64,000 nucleotides of DNA from Geopsychrobacteraceae bacterium (lineage in GTDB: Bacteria; Desulfobacterota; Desulfuromonadia; Desulfuromonadales; Geopsychrobacteraceae): contig OY759353.1 of assembly GCA_963662315.1 (NCBI GenBank), positions 3,520,001 to 3,584,000 on the forward strand. The letters are read 5' to 3'. The translations under genes were made by a program, and so were the position numbers. The number at the start of each line of letters is the position of its first letter. Position 1 is the first letter of the stretch. The notes beneath the pieces were generated by a model. That model did no database searches and was not told the DNA's origin. It was given only the letters and a program-made list of their open reading frames with translations. Positions 39,801-48,434 of this stretch are shown here, one piece after another.

Positions 39801-40104
39801 GCAGGTCCTGGCGCGTTTGAACGAATTGTTTATGACCGATAATCTGACCGATAAGGATTTGGTCAACTATGCTTACACGATTCGCGACAAGGTTTGCGAG
39901 AACAAAGTCGTCATGGACCAGATTCTCAACAATACCCCTGAACAGGCTATGTTGGGTGATTTTCCAAAAGCACTCGATGATGCGGTTTTGGATAGTAATG
40001 AGGCACACCAGAAACAGATGATGCAGATTCTGGCAAACCCTGAAGTCGCTAGAGGTTTTGCTAGGGTGGTATTTGATTTGCTGACACAAAAAGAATTACG
40101 ATAA
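36841..40104 (+). CDS. hsdR: type I R-M restriction subunit R
   Basis: RIDLVLFVNGLP..ELK nuclease, HSAGSGKS, DEAH, FTATPK, TGFDQP and QTLSRLNR motifs. Confidence 0.95.
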   Translation: MVASKSNEQTFQNDIIDQMVANGWQLGTSAGYNRKLALYEEDVLGFVQNTQNEQWQKYCKLYPQNPEKHLLERVASQLNKADPNAADRDLRTFGTLGVLRHELRVRGVRFKFCQFKPEHDLNPDTLTRYKKNRLRIVPELVYSPYATEDLAGSEDQAGKQAKNWRIDLVLFVNGLPVATLELKSEFKQAVDNAIKQYKRTRLPKDPVTKKPEPLLTFKRGALVHFAVSQYEVYMTTHLEGDDTFFLPFNQGTQEGGAGNDVPDDPNEYATGYLWNEVLLPDNLLKILARYVHLQIEEKEDWQGKKYKKETLIFPRYHQWDVVNRLLDAARKEGPGQKYLIQHSAGSGKSNSIAWTAHQLSSLYTASGDKQFHSVIVVTDRTVLDDQLQDTIYQFEHADGVVGRINREVGEGSKSEKLAKALESSQPIIIVTIQTFPFVLQAIENSVRLKERRYAIIADEAHSSQTGSTARKLKEVLVAENTTDDIEYTSEDILDATVAARRSNDNLSYFAFTATPKPKTLELFGRLPDAGQQPSKSNLPEAFHVYSMRQAIEEGFILDVLKNYTNYKVAYQLAQRIKAKDEEVDSKKATVKLNQWVRLHDYNIAQKVQVIVEHYKNNIMGLLGGQAKAMVVTSSRKEVVRYKEEFDKYITRKGYSGISALVAFSGEVTFNDNDPNAAGLLGEKFTEHSMNPGLKGRDMRKAFDTNEFQVMLVANKFQTGFDQPKLCAMYVDKKLYGVECVQTLSRLNRTYPGKEESGTFVLDFFNEPQDILDSFQPYFQTAELADVSDPDLVFDLFDKLRAEGIFTWQEIEQFAVAFFAKNKSNAAISNICKPAVQRWQGRYKLAVDAYKTAKEMFDRTKQTGDAVLIANAERSLKECKQEKDRLDIFKKDLGSFTRFYEFMSQIVDYDSKDLEKLSLYGRHLRPLLREKQEEEEDIDLSNVALSHYRLSKQREQNLVMESDGDYSLMPGSDLGTAKPKDKKEEFLSQVLARLNELFMTDNLTDKDLVNYAYTIRDKVCENKVVMDQILNNTPEQAMLGDFPKALDDAVLDSNEAHQKQMMQILANPEVARGFARVVFDLLTQKELR

Positions 40105-40134
40105 AAGGCCGCTCTCGGAAGCATTAACAGCAAA

Positions 40135-40148
40135 GGGCGAGAGGATTT
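40135..40148 (-). repeat. 14-bp direct repeat of the tRNA-Pro T-arm/acceptor segment (att-like)
   Basis: GGGCGAGAGGATTT at 40135-40148 is identical to 40352-40365. Confidence 0.7.
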
Positions 40149-40212
40149 ACCCACTGTGTCACCGGTTTCCTGCCGGTTCCTGCGTCGGCTTTCCTCCGCT
40201 TGCTGGCACTTC

Positions 40213-40246
40213 AAATCCCCCTCAATCCCCCTTTTTAAAAGGGGGA
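40213..40246. repeat. REP-like C/G-run palindrome
   Basis: AAATCCCCCTCAATCCCCCTTTTTAAAAGGGGGA: tandem AATCCCCCT plus an inverted arm. Confidence 0.5.
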
Positions 40247-40303
40247 AGGTCAAACTGCATGGGGCTCATTCAAGGTCTGTAGATCCTCTCTCGGCGTACA
40301 AAT

Positions 40304-40338
40304 AAAAAAGGGTCGGCTTAAATCGCCAACCCTTTTTT
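40304..40338. terminator. terminator downstream of tRNA-Pro (bidirectional)
   Basis: AAAAAAGGGTCGGC...GCCAACCCTTTTTT. Confidence 0.8.
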
Positions 40339-40345
40339 CTTCGTA

Positions 40346-40422
<77 letters not shown>

Positions 40423-40573
40423 ATAATTCTGATGTGGTACGGCGCACATAATTAGCACCGTTGATGGTGAAAATCAAGAATTTTTGCAGAATTGATCAGT
40501 TGTTTATATTTCTGAAGAAATTTAAATTTTATTGCTTAATAAGGTACGGCACGCGTTGACTGATGAAGTCCAT

Positions 40574-40609
40574 AAAAAAGCCGGTTTACCCATATGGCAA
40601 ACCGGCTTT
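40574..40609 (-). terminator. intrinsic terminator
   Basis: AAAAAAGCCGGTTT...AAACCGGCTTT. Confidence 0.8.
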
Positions 40610-40643
40610 AGATTGAGGTTTGGCAACGTGTCAGCAATACAGA

Positions 40644-41027
40644 TCAACAGGTGAGGCAAATCGTGCCTTCTTTACCAAAGTTGGCGATAGCTTTTGTAAC
40701 CTCGGCAGGTTGATGTTCTGAAGCAAAATAATTGCCACCGGCATCACTTACTGCGTCCCCAAGTTTTTCTTTGTCATACTGGTAAAGCTTGGCTGCCAGT
40801 TGTGCTTTGGGCGATGCCATGATCTCGGGTCCGTTTTCGCTGCTGTGGTAGCTGTGAAAAGCATTTTTTTCATGAGCAACGGAGCCCATGGCATGTGTTG
40901 CAGAATCAGAGACGTGGATGACGGTCATACCTTCATTGCTGATCATCTGGTCATCTGCAAGTGCGGAACCTGTTATTACCAAAGCAGACGCAATAAGAAG
41001 GATGAGCATTAAGCTGATTCGTTTCAT
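40644..41027 (-). CDS. secreted hypothetical protein with a His-rich N-half and terminal CxxC
   Basis: Signal peptide ending in ALA, five His in about 25 aa, ends ICLTC; has its own terminator. Confidence 0.75.
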   Translation of the reverse strand: MKRISLMLILLIASALVITGSALADDQMISNEGMTVIHVSDSATHAMGSVAHEKNAFHSYHSSENGPEIMASPKAQLAAKLYQYDKEKLGDAVSDAGGNYFASEHQPAEVTKAIANFGKEGTICLTC

Positions 41028-41473
41028 AAAAAACCCTTTCATTTAGCTGATCTCCTGTCTTAAGGGAGTTCAGGCGTGTTGTTCTGCTATTCAGAGATGG
41101 AGATAGGCGTTGGCTGAATAGATATAATCCAGGTAGGCAAGGAGGATTAATATATATTACCAAAATAGTAATAATAGTGCTACTGGACGCAAGCTTTTTT
41201 TGCGAGCGGTAAAGGGATTTTGGGGGGAGTGACTGTGCAGCAGTCGTGATTATCGTTTATTTCGAAGAGCAGGATTTAACTGCCATTGGGATTCTGGAGG
41301 CATAGAGTCGCGAAATTTCTTAAATTTTGGTGACAATTATCTCGGCAGTACTTCGCCTCGGGGAACGCATTTCCAAGTAGTTGACTTGGCAATGTCTTCT
41401 TGGGGCAGCAGTAATTATTTTCCCTGATCAAATCGCTGGAGCACCGCAAACTTAATCTTTGATAATGGCGGGG

Positions 41474-41496
41474 ATCTTTACGTATTACGTAAAGAT
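41474..41496. promoter_or_regulatory. perfect palindromic operator upstream of the GNAT-CoA ligase pair
   Basis: ATCTTTACGTA-T-TACGTAAAGAT, about 45 nt upstream of an extended -10 (TGCTATAAT, 41542-41550). Confidence 0.55.
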
Positions 41497-41650
41497 AAAA
41501 AAGACAGGAACAACTAAAAAATAACCACAAGTGGTAAAATTTGCTATAATTGAGAAAGTACTGATGCTGATCTGTACAAGCTCATAGAACGAATAGCGGA
41601 TGGGAAGGAATTTAATAGCAGAAGACCTAGGCGAAAGTTGAGATGCGGTT

Positions 41651-42325
41651 ATGATTATCACTAACCTGTTTAAGAAATTACCTGCGCTTGAATCCGAGCG
41701 AGTTCTGTTACGTCCCGTCTCCCTGAACGACACGAAAGATATTTTCGAGCTGCTGTCCGAGCCTGAAGTTGTGCGTTACACCCGCTATGAACATTTGAAA
41801 AAAATAACAGATGCCCAAATATTTATTCGACAGATTCTTGCCTGCTATCAGTCAAATAGTCCTTCACTCTGGGGGCTTTGCCATAAATCCAGGGGGAAGG
41901 TCATTGGTTTAGCCGGTTTCGTCACCTGGTCCATTTCTGATGCTCGTGCTGAACTAAGCTCTTTACTGTCTAAGTCCTTCTGGGGGCAGGGGTATTCGTC
42001 CGAAGCGACGCTGAGAATGCTTCTTTTCGGTTTTGATGTCATGGGCCTGAACCGTATTGAAGCGCACTGTATGCCGGAGAATGATGCTGCCTGTAAGGTT
42101 CTTGAAAAAGTTGGTATGACTTACGAGGGGACCTTGCGCGATATCCATTTCCTGCGGGGCAAATATTATACCCTGCGTCTTTATTCAATTTTACGGTCGG
42201 AATGGGAAGCGCAGCATAATATGTTTAGACAGGAGGGGAAATACGCCAATCCTCTGGGTGAAAATCTTTATGTGAACCGTCATCCGGTTAGTGCGGAGCA
42301 AGATAGTTTAGTTTTGAGCAATTAA
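41651..42325 (+). CDS. RimJ/RimL-family GNAT N-acetyltransferase
   Basis: LESERVLLRP, FWGQGYSSEA, LNRIEA and N.A..KVLEKVGM.YEG motifs. Confidence 0.88.
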   Translation: MIITNLFKKLPALESERVLLRPVSLNDTKDIFELLSEPEVVRYTRYEHLKKITDAQIFIRQILACYQSNSPSLWGLCHKSRGKVIGLAGFVTWSISDARAELSSLLSKSFWGQGYSSEATLRMLLFGFDVMGLNRIEAHCMPENDAACKVLEKVGMTYEGTLRDIHFLRGKYYTLRLYSILRSEWEAQHNMFRQEGKYANPLGENLYVNRHPVSAEQDSLVLSN

Positions 42326-42363
42326 TTCATCAGTAATGATGATAACTTGATAAGAAGCCTGCC

Positions 42364-43671
42364 ATGAATGCAGTCGTGAACATGTGGGATAGGTCTGCTG
42401 AGAGTATGTCTCGTGAGCCGTTACGTGAACTACAGTTTCAGCGCTTAAAGGCAACCTTGCAGCGGGTTGCCAACAACGTACCCTGTTATCAGGAAAAGTT
42501 CAGGTTGGTCGGATTTCAGCCTGGTGATTTTGATTCCCTGGAAGATCTGCAAAAACTACCATTTACTTCCAAGGATGACCTGCGCCTGAATTATCCTTAC
42601 GGCATGTTTGCTGTTCCCTTGCGTGATGTGCTGCGGATCCATTCTTCGTCGGGAACGACAGGGAAACCGACGGTCGTTGGCTATACCGCAAGTGATATGC
42701 ATATCTGGGCTCATCTGGTGGCCAGGTTTATGACTGCTGCTGGAGTGACTGCTGAAGATGTGATCCAGGTTGCTTTTGGCTATGGATTATTTACCGGCGC
42801 CTTTGGCCTGGATTATGGTGCTGAGGCCATTGGTGCCGCCGTTATTCCCATGTCCGCGGGCAATACCGAAAAGCAGATTATGGTTATGCGGGATTTTGGG
42901 TCTTCTGTCTTAGCATGTACTCCTTCTTATGCTCTAACCATTGCTGATCACCTAGAAGAAAAAGGGATTCGTCCAGCACGTCTATCCCTTAAAATCGGAC
43001 TTTTCGGAGGCGAACCATGGAGTGAGCAGATGCGCTCGGAACTGGAGCTGCGTCTCGGTATTATAGCCACCGACAATTATGGTTTGTCTGAAGTTATGGG
43101 GCCCGGAGTCGCTGGCGACTGTTTTCATAAATGTGGCATGCACTTAGCTGAAGATCATTTTCTTGCTGAGATTATCGATCCTGAGACGGAAAAAGTTTTG
43201 CCCGATGGGTCTGTGGGCGAGTTGGTTATTACCAGCTTGACAAAGCAGGCGTTGCCTCTGGTTCGTTATCGTACCCATGATATCACTCGCCTGATCTGTG
43301 CCCCTTGTGAGTGTGGGCGCACCATGATCCGCATGGAAAAGCCCAGGGGGCGCAGCGATGATATGTTGATTATAAAAGGAGTCAATGTTTATCCCAGCCA
43401 GGTCGAAGAGGTCCTGCTTCAGGTTGACGGCTGCTCACCCCACTATCAATTGGTTGTTGATAGCTCCAGCAGTGTCAATTCTCTTGAGGTTCAGGTCGAA
43501 GTGAGTGACAGAATTTTTCTGAACAATATGACGAAACGTTGTCAGCTCATTGAAGAGATTCAAAAACGCCTGGGGGCTATGCTGGGAATCAGGGTCCAGG
43601 TTAAACTGGTAGAACCATTTACCATCAAACGGTATGAAGGAAAAGCATGTCATGTATTACGTCGACGATAG
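42364..43671 (+). CDS. phenylacetate-CoA ligase family protein (PaaK-like)
   Basis: HSSSGTTGKPT, GYGLFTG, DNYGLSE, RYRT.D and GRSDDMLIIKGVNV motifs. Confidence 0.9.
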   Translation: MNAVVNMWDRSAESMSREPLRELQFQRLKATLQRVANNVPCYQEKFRLVGFQPGDFDSLEDLQKLPFTSKDDLRLNYPYGMFAVPLRDVLRIHSSSGTTGKPTVVGYTASDMHIWAHLVARFMTAAGVTAEDVIQVAFGYGLFTGAFGLDYGAEAIGAAVIPMSAGNTEKQIMVMRDFGSSVLACTPSYALTIADHLEEKGIRPARLSLKIGLFGGEPWSEQMRSELELRLGIIATDNYGLSEVMGPGVAGDCFHKCGMHLAEDHFLAEIIDPETEKVLPDGSVGELVITSLTKQALPLVRYRTHDITRLICAPCECGRTMIRMEKPRGRSDDMLIIKGVNVYPSQVEEVLLQVDGCSPHYQLVVDSSSSVNSLEVQVEVSDRIFLNNMTKRCQLIEEIQKRLGAMLGIRVQVKLVEPFTIKRYEGKACHVLRRR

Positions 43672-43818
43672 CTCTTTGATTAAAAATGATGGCGATCAGG
43701 TTGCCCATGCGGTTGGACCGAATCTGTACCGTCATAATTCAGACAGTTATCCTCGTATAGCAAAATTGAAGTAATATGGATTGTTGCTTCAAGATCCCTG
43801 GTAAAACGTGGAGGTTAT

Positions 43819-44190
43819 ATGGGAAAAGCAGAATCAGAGCAGCAAAGGTTACTTGTTGCCAAGATGCGTAAAGATGAGCAATTACGCCAGTCGGGTTATC
43901 GAGAACAAGCCTTGAAACTGTTTCCCCATGTCTGCGCACGGTGCTCGCGTGAGTTTGAAGGAAAGAGCCTGCGGGAATTAACCGTTCACCACCGTGACCA
44001 TAATCATCACCATAATCCCACGGATGGCAGTAATTGGGAGCTGCTCTGCATCTACTGTCACGATCATGAACATACCCGGGGAATACAGGAGCAACGGGAT
44101 GATGTAGATACTTCAACCGGTATCAAACGGCCATCGCTTTCCTATTCTCCTTTTGATGCCTTGCGTAACAAGTTGAATCAAAGCGATTAG
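43819..44190 (+). CDS. YajD-family HNH nuclease
   Basis: GYREQALKL, CARC, LTVHHRDH.H..NP.DGSNWELLCIYCHDHEH. Confidence 0.9.
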   Translation: MGKAESEQQRLLVAKMRKDEQLRQSGYREQALKLFPHVCARCSREFEGKSLRELTVHHRDHNHHHNPTDGSNWELLCIYCHDHEHTRGIQEQRDDVDTSTGIKRPSLSYSPFDALRNKLNQSD

Positions 44191-44266
44191 AGGCTGAGCT
44201 GGATGCTACTGTTGAGCAACACAATTCTGGATTAATAATTGTGCCCCATCAGGGACGGGCGCTTGC

Positions 44267-44881
44267 TTACGGTTCGGAAATTTGAATCTGTCCCGAACTG
44301 ATGTCGGTTAGCCTTAAGCTCAGTGCGTGGAATTGTTCAGTGGGCAGGCGCAGAGACAGGGTTATGTCCGCGCTGAAGCTTTCGCCAAGTAATTCGCTTT
44401 CATAATCAGGCAGCAGGCGTTTGACAACCGTTAGCAGGGAATAGGGGATGATGCAGCGGATGTAGCGCCAATCAACTTTTTCGGCCAGCGGCAATTGCTC
44501 AATGGCGGTCTGCACCGCAAGGGTGTAGGCTTTGACCATCCCCCCTTTGCCAAGCTTGATCCCACCAAAGAAACGCGTCACAACGACGGCAATGTCTCCA
44601 ATACCGCTGTGTTGCAGCGTCGTTAGCATCGGTTTTCCCGCGACTCCATGTGGTTCGCCATCATCACTTAAGCCAATGCGGTCGGTGCTGCCCGGCGCAC
44701 CACAGATGAAGGCCCAGCAGTTGTGGTTGGCGGTTGGGAATTCCTGCTTAACGCGCGCGACAAAAGCCAGTGCTTCATCCTGGGTTTCAACCTGTTCGAT
44801 CGTGGCAATGAAGCGGCTGCGCTGAACGTCTATTTCGCAGCGCAGTGTGTTCGCCGGTATGGGGTAGCGGGTTTGGGTCAT
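44267..44881 (-). CDS. YigZ/IMPACT family protein
   Basis: SRFIA, ANHNCWA, SDDGEP.GVAGKP and VVTRFFGGIKLG.GG motifs. Confidence 0.93.
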   Translation of the reverse strand: MTQTRYPIPANTLRCEIDVQRSRFIATIEQVETQDEALAFVARVKQEFPTANHNCWAFICGAPGSTDRIGLSDDGEPHGVAGKPMLTTLQHSGIGDIAVVVTRFFGGIKLGKGGMVKAYTLAVQTAIEQLPLAEKVDWRYIRCIIPYSLLTVVKRLLPDYESELLGESFSADITLSLRLPTEQFHALSLRLTDISSGQIQISEP

Positions 44882-44885
44882 AAGC

Positions 44886-44917
44886 AAAAAGGCCTCCGGC
44901 TGGCAGGCCGGAGGCTT
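44886..44917 (-). terminator. terminator of ileS-lspA
   Basis: GGCCTCCGGC/GCCGGAGGCT stem with an A-tract on the plus strand. Confidence 0.7.
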
Positions 44918-44923
44918 GAAGGT

Positions 44924-45412
44924 TCAGATACCTTTAGACTTCTGGTGACGTTCTTCATGCCAGGTACAGATCAGCATAATGGCAACGCCAATGCAAATTG
45001 CGCTGTCGGCGATGTTAAAGGCTGGCCAGTGATAGTTGTACCAGTGGACATCCAGAAAATCGATGACTTCTCCGAGTCGGGCGCGATCGATAAAGTTACC
45101 GAGCGCGCCACTCAGAATAAGCCCCAGGCTGGTCAGCTGCCATTGCTTGTCCGCGGCAACTTTACGCACATACCAAAGGATAGCGCTAATAGCGATAACC
45201 GAAATACTTAAAAAAAACGGTATGCGAATAGTACTGTTTGATAAAATGCCGAATGCCGCTCCCGCATTACGCACATAAGTAATATGAAAAAAATGACTGA
45301 TTACCTGGTGCGATTCGCCAAGGGCAAAGTTGCTATCAATGTAAATTTTGCTCAGCTGATCAAGAATAAGGCTGATGATCGTGGCCAAAGCAAAGTACCT
45401 GTATTTATGCAT
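44924..45412 (-). CDS. lspA: lipoprotein signal peptidase
   Basis: DQLSK, NAGAAFG, GALGNFIDR, VIDF and FNIAD motifs; follows ileS. Confidence 0.96.
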   Translation of the reverse strand: MHKYRYFALATIISLILDQLSKIYIDSNFALGESHQVISHFFHITYVRNAGAAFGILSNSTIRIPFFLSISVIAISAILWYVRKVAADKQWQLTSLGLILSGALGNFIDRARLGEVIDFLDVHWYNYHWPAFNIADSAICIGVAIMLICTWHEERHQKSKGI

Positions 45413-45413
45413 G

Positions 45414-48194
45414 TTACTCCGCCGCCAGGGCTGCGGCACAACGGTCGCAGACAGTCGGGTGTTCAGTGTCCTCGCCAACGCTGGTTGCGTAATTCCAGCA
45501 GCGTTCGCATTTTTCACCTTCAGCTGCCACAACCTGCAGCTTTAGCCCTGGAATCTGGTCGGCATTCTGTCCGTCAGCCAGATCGCCAACAATCTCGACC
45601 TGAGAAACGATAAAGTAGGCTGGCAGAAGATCGCTGTATTGAGCCAACAGTTCTTTAAGCTCAGCTGGCGCTTGCAGAATGACTTTGGCTTCCAGGGACT
45701 GGCCGATACGCTTTTCGGCACGAGCTTTTTCTAACACCTTTGAGACCTCGGAACGAACCTTCTGCAGTTTTTCATAACGTGCTTCAAGCTCATCGTTGCA
45801 GTAGCCGCTGATAGCATCCGGGAAGGCGGCCAGATGGACACTGGCTTCTTTATCGCCTGGCAGCAATTGCCAGATTTCATCGGCGGTGAAGCTGAGAACC
45901 GGTGCGATCAGGCGGGTCAGGGCATCGAGAATGCGGTACATGGTTGAGCGTGCGCTACGATATTCGATACTCGTTTTGGGACTGGTGTAGAGCCGGTCCT
46001 TAAGAATGTCGAGATAGAAGGCGCTTAAGTCCACGGTGCAGAAGTTGTGGACGGCATGGTAGAAAACGTGGAATTCGTATTTGTTGTATGCGCCCTCAAC
46101 GCGCTTAATGAGGCGCTCAAGTTTGGCCAGAGCCCAGCGGTCAAGTTCGAGCAGCTCTGCGTCGGCAACGATGTCGGTTTTGGGGTCAAAACCATTGAGG
46201 TTGCCGATCAGATAGCGGGCGGTGTTGCGAATCCGGCGGTAGGCGTCGGACAAACGTTGCAGGGTTTCCTGCCCAAGTTTGATGTCATCGCGATAATCGG
46301 TTGCCGCAACCCACATGCGCAGAATTTCAGCACCGAATTTCTGGATGATTTCCTCCGGAGCGATAACGTTCCCCATCGATTTGGACATGGGGCGTCCGTC
46401 TTTATCGAGGACGAAGCCGTGGGTCAGAACCGACTTGTAAGGGGCGCGGTCACGGGTGCCGACCGATTCGAGCAAGCTGGAGTGGAACCAGCCGCGGTGC
46501 TGGTCAGATCCTTCCAGGTACATGTCAACCGGGCTGCCGAGGTAATCACGTCGTTCGCAGACGGCAGCGTGGGACACGCCGGAGTCGAACCAGACATCGA
46601 GAATATCTGATTCTTTGGTGAATTTATCGTGACCACAGGCGGGGCAGGTCGTTCCCGGGGGTAACAGTTCTGAGGCATCTTTTTCAAACCAGACATCACT
46701 GCCGGTTTCTTCAAACTGATCGGCGATGTAATGCATGATTTTGCCATCATTGAGGGCTTCACCACATTTTTCACAGTAAGCGATGGTGATCGGGACGCCC
46801 CAGCTGCGCTGGCGACTGATACACCAGTCCGGACGACCGGCGACCATGTTGTAGATGCGGTCATGCCCCCAGGAGGGGATCCATTCAACCTTGTCAATCT
46901 CTGCCAGGGCTTTCTCGCGCAGGTTGTTCTCATCCATGCTGATGAACCACTGCTCGGTAGCGCGGAAGATGACCGGCTTCTTGCAGCGCCAGCAGTGTGG
47001 ATAGCTGTGGTTGACCGTGCTTTCATAAAGCAGGGCGCCGACTTCGGTCAGTTTTTCACTGACGGCCTGGTTAGCGTCGGCAAGCTTCATGCCGCCGAAC
47101 AGTTCCATGTCTTCGCGGTAGCGACCGTAGTCATCAACCGGGTTGTAGATTTCCAGACCGTATTTAAGGCCGATCAGATAGTCGTCATGACCATGACCGG
47201 GCGCGGTATGGACACAACCGGTACCCGCTTCGAGGGTAACGTGATCGCCGAGCATGAGCAGGGAGTTGCGGTCGTAGAACGGATGTTTGCAGTTTTTATT
47301 GTCGAACAGCGGTGCTGCAAAAGTCGCAGCGACTTTATAATCGTCAATAGCGAGGGTTTTCAGGACCTGCTGGTAAAGTCCTTCGGCCATGACCAGATAC
47401 TCACCGCCGGTTTCAACCGCAACGTAGCTCAGTTCCGGGTTCAGACAAACGCCCAGGTTGGCCGGAATGGTCCACGGGGTGGTGGTCCAGATGACAAAGA
47501 ACAGTGGCTTGTCAGCCAATTGAGTCAGTTCTGCAGGCAGTTCGTCAACATAGGGAAACTTGACGAAGATCGATGGCGAGGTGTGATCGTCGTACTCAAC
47601 TTCAGCTTCTGCCAGAGCGGTCACACAGGAAGAACACCAGTGGATCGGTTTTTTCCCTTTGAACAGTGAGCCTTTTTCAGCGAGGCGGGCCAGTTCTCGT
47701 GCGGTGGCCGCTTCGTAATGGGTGCTCATGGTCAGATAGGGATCTTTCCAGTTGCCGAAAATACCCAGGCGCTGGAATTCCTCAGCCTGGGTCTGAATCC
47801 AGACTTTGGCATATTCGCGACATTCACGGCGGAAATCGGCCTTGCTCATCTCCCGTTTCTTCTTGCCCAGCTTTTTGTCAACCATCAGCTCAATCGGCAG
47901 GCCGTGACAGTCCCAGCCCGGCACATACGGGGCAAAATAACCCTGCATGCGCTTACTTTTGATGATGATGTCCTTCAGGATCTTGTTCAGGGCGTGCCCC
48001 ATGTGGATATGACCGTTGGCATAGGGGGGGCCGTCGTGCAGGATAAAGCTGTCTTTACCTTTGTTGGCTGCTTCGACTTGATTATTCAGGCCGTTCAGCT
48101 GCCATTGGTTGAGCATTTCCGGTTCCCGGTTGGGCAGGTTGGCGCGCATCGGGAAGTCGGTTTCGGGAAGATTTAAAGTGTTTTTATAGTCCAT
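45414..48194 (-). CDS. ileS: isoleucyl-tRNA synthetase
   Basis: HDGPPYANGHIHMGH, WTTTPWT, DWCISRQR, EGSDQHRGWF and MSKS motifs, plus a C-terminal Zn finger. Confidence 0.98.
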   Translation of the reverse strand: MDYKNTLNLPETDFPMRANLPNREPEMLNQWQLNGLNNQVEAANKGKDSFILHDGPPYANGHIHMGHALNKILKDIIIKSKRMQGYFAPYVPGWDCHGLPIELMVDKKLGKKKREMSKADFRRECREYAKVWIQTQAEEFQRLGIFGNWKDPYLTMSTHYEAATARELARLAEKGSLFKGKKPIHWCSSCVTALAEAEVEYDDHTSPSIFVKFPYVDELPAELTQLADKPLFFVIWTTTPWTIPANLGVCLNPELSYVAVETGGEYLVMAEGLYQQVLKTLAIDDYKVAATFAAPLFDNKNCKHPFYDRNSLLMLGDHVTLEAGTGCVHTAPGHGHDDYLIGLKYGLEIYNPVDDYGRYREDMELFGGMKLADANQAVSEKLTEVGALLYESTVNHSYPHCWRCKKPVIFRATEQWFISMDENNLREKALAEIDKVEWIPSWGHDRIYNMVAGRPDWCISRQRSWGVPITIAYCEKCGEALNDGKIMHYIADQFEETGSDVWFEKDASELLPPGTTCPACGHDKFTKESDILDVWFDSGVSHAAVCERRDYLGSPVDMYLEGSDQHRGWFHSSLLESVGTRDRAPYKSVLTHGFVLDKDGRPMSKSMGNVIAPEEIIQKFGAEILRMWVAATDYRDDIKLGQETLQRLSDAYRRIRNTARYLIGNLNGFDPKTDIVADAELLELDRWALAKLERLIKRVEGAYNKYEFHVFYHAVHNFCTVDLSAFYLDILKDRLYTSPKTSIEYRSARSTMYRILDALTRLIAPVLSFTADEIWQLLPGDKEASVHLAAFPDAISGYCNDELEARYEKLQKVRSEVSKVLEKARAEKRIGQSLEAKVILQAPAELKELLAQYSDLLPAYFIVSQVEIVGDLADGQNADQIPGLKLQVVAAEGEKCERCWNYATSVGEDTEHPTVCDRCAAALAAE

Positions 48195-48434
48195 GCCATT
48201 ACTCTTTCGCAGGGATAAAATAAATGATTCGTGGTGAAAACTAATCCGGCAGGCTAACAAATGCAGCCTTTAAGTTCAAGAGGAAAGGCCCCGTTTATAC
48301 GGCTAAAGATCTATTTTTGTGAGGGTTAAGGGAACCTAAGGGGCATTAAATACAGAGGGATGCTGCGGTGATAGGATGGCGGCACCTGTAACCGTAAGTT
48401 TTCCGCTTGGAAAAGGCCCCTTTTCGGCTGAGAA

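Noticed and set aside
40275..40302. GATCCTCTCTCGGCGTACAA as a second tRNA 3' fragment
   Set aside because: Only 8 nt (ATCCTCTC) match, in the opposite orientation and without a T-loop or CCA.
41154..41183. NikR site (contains GTGCTAC)
   Set aside because: The second half-site and spacing do not fit what I recall, so the regulator was left unassigned.
48195..48434. T-box leader for ileS; repeated GGAAAGGCCCC-like motif
   Set aside because: No T-box consensus or terminator on the minus strand, and the repeat is short and imperfect.
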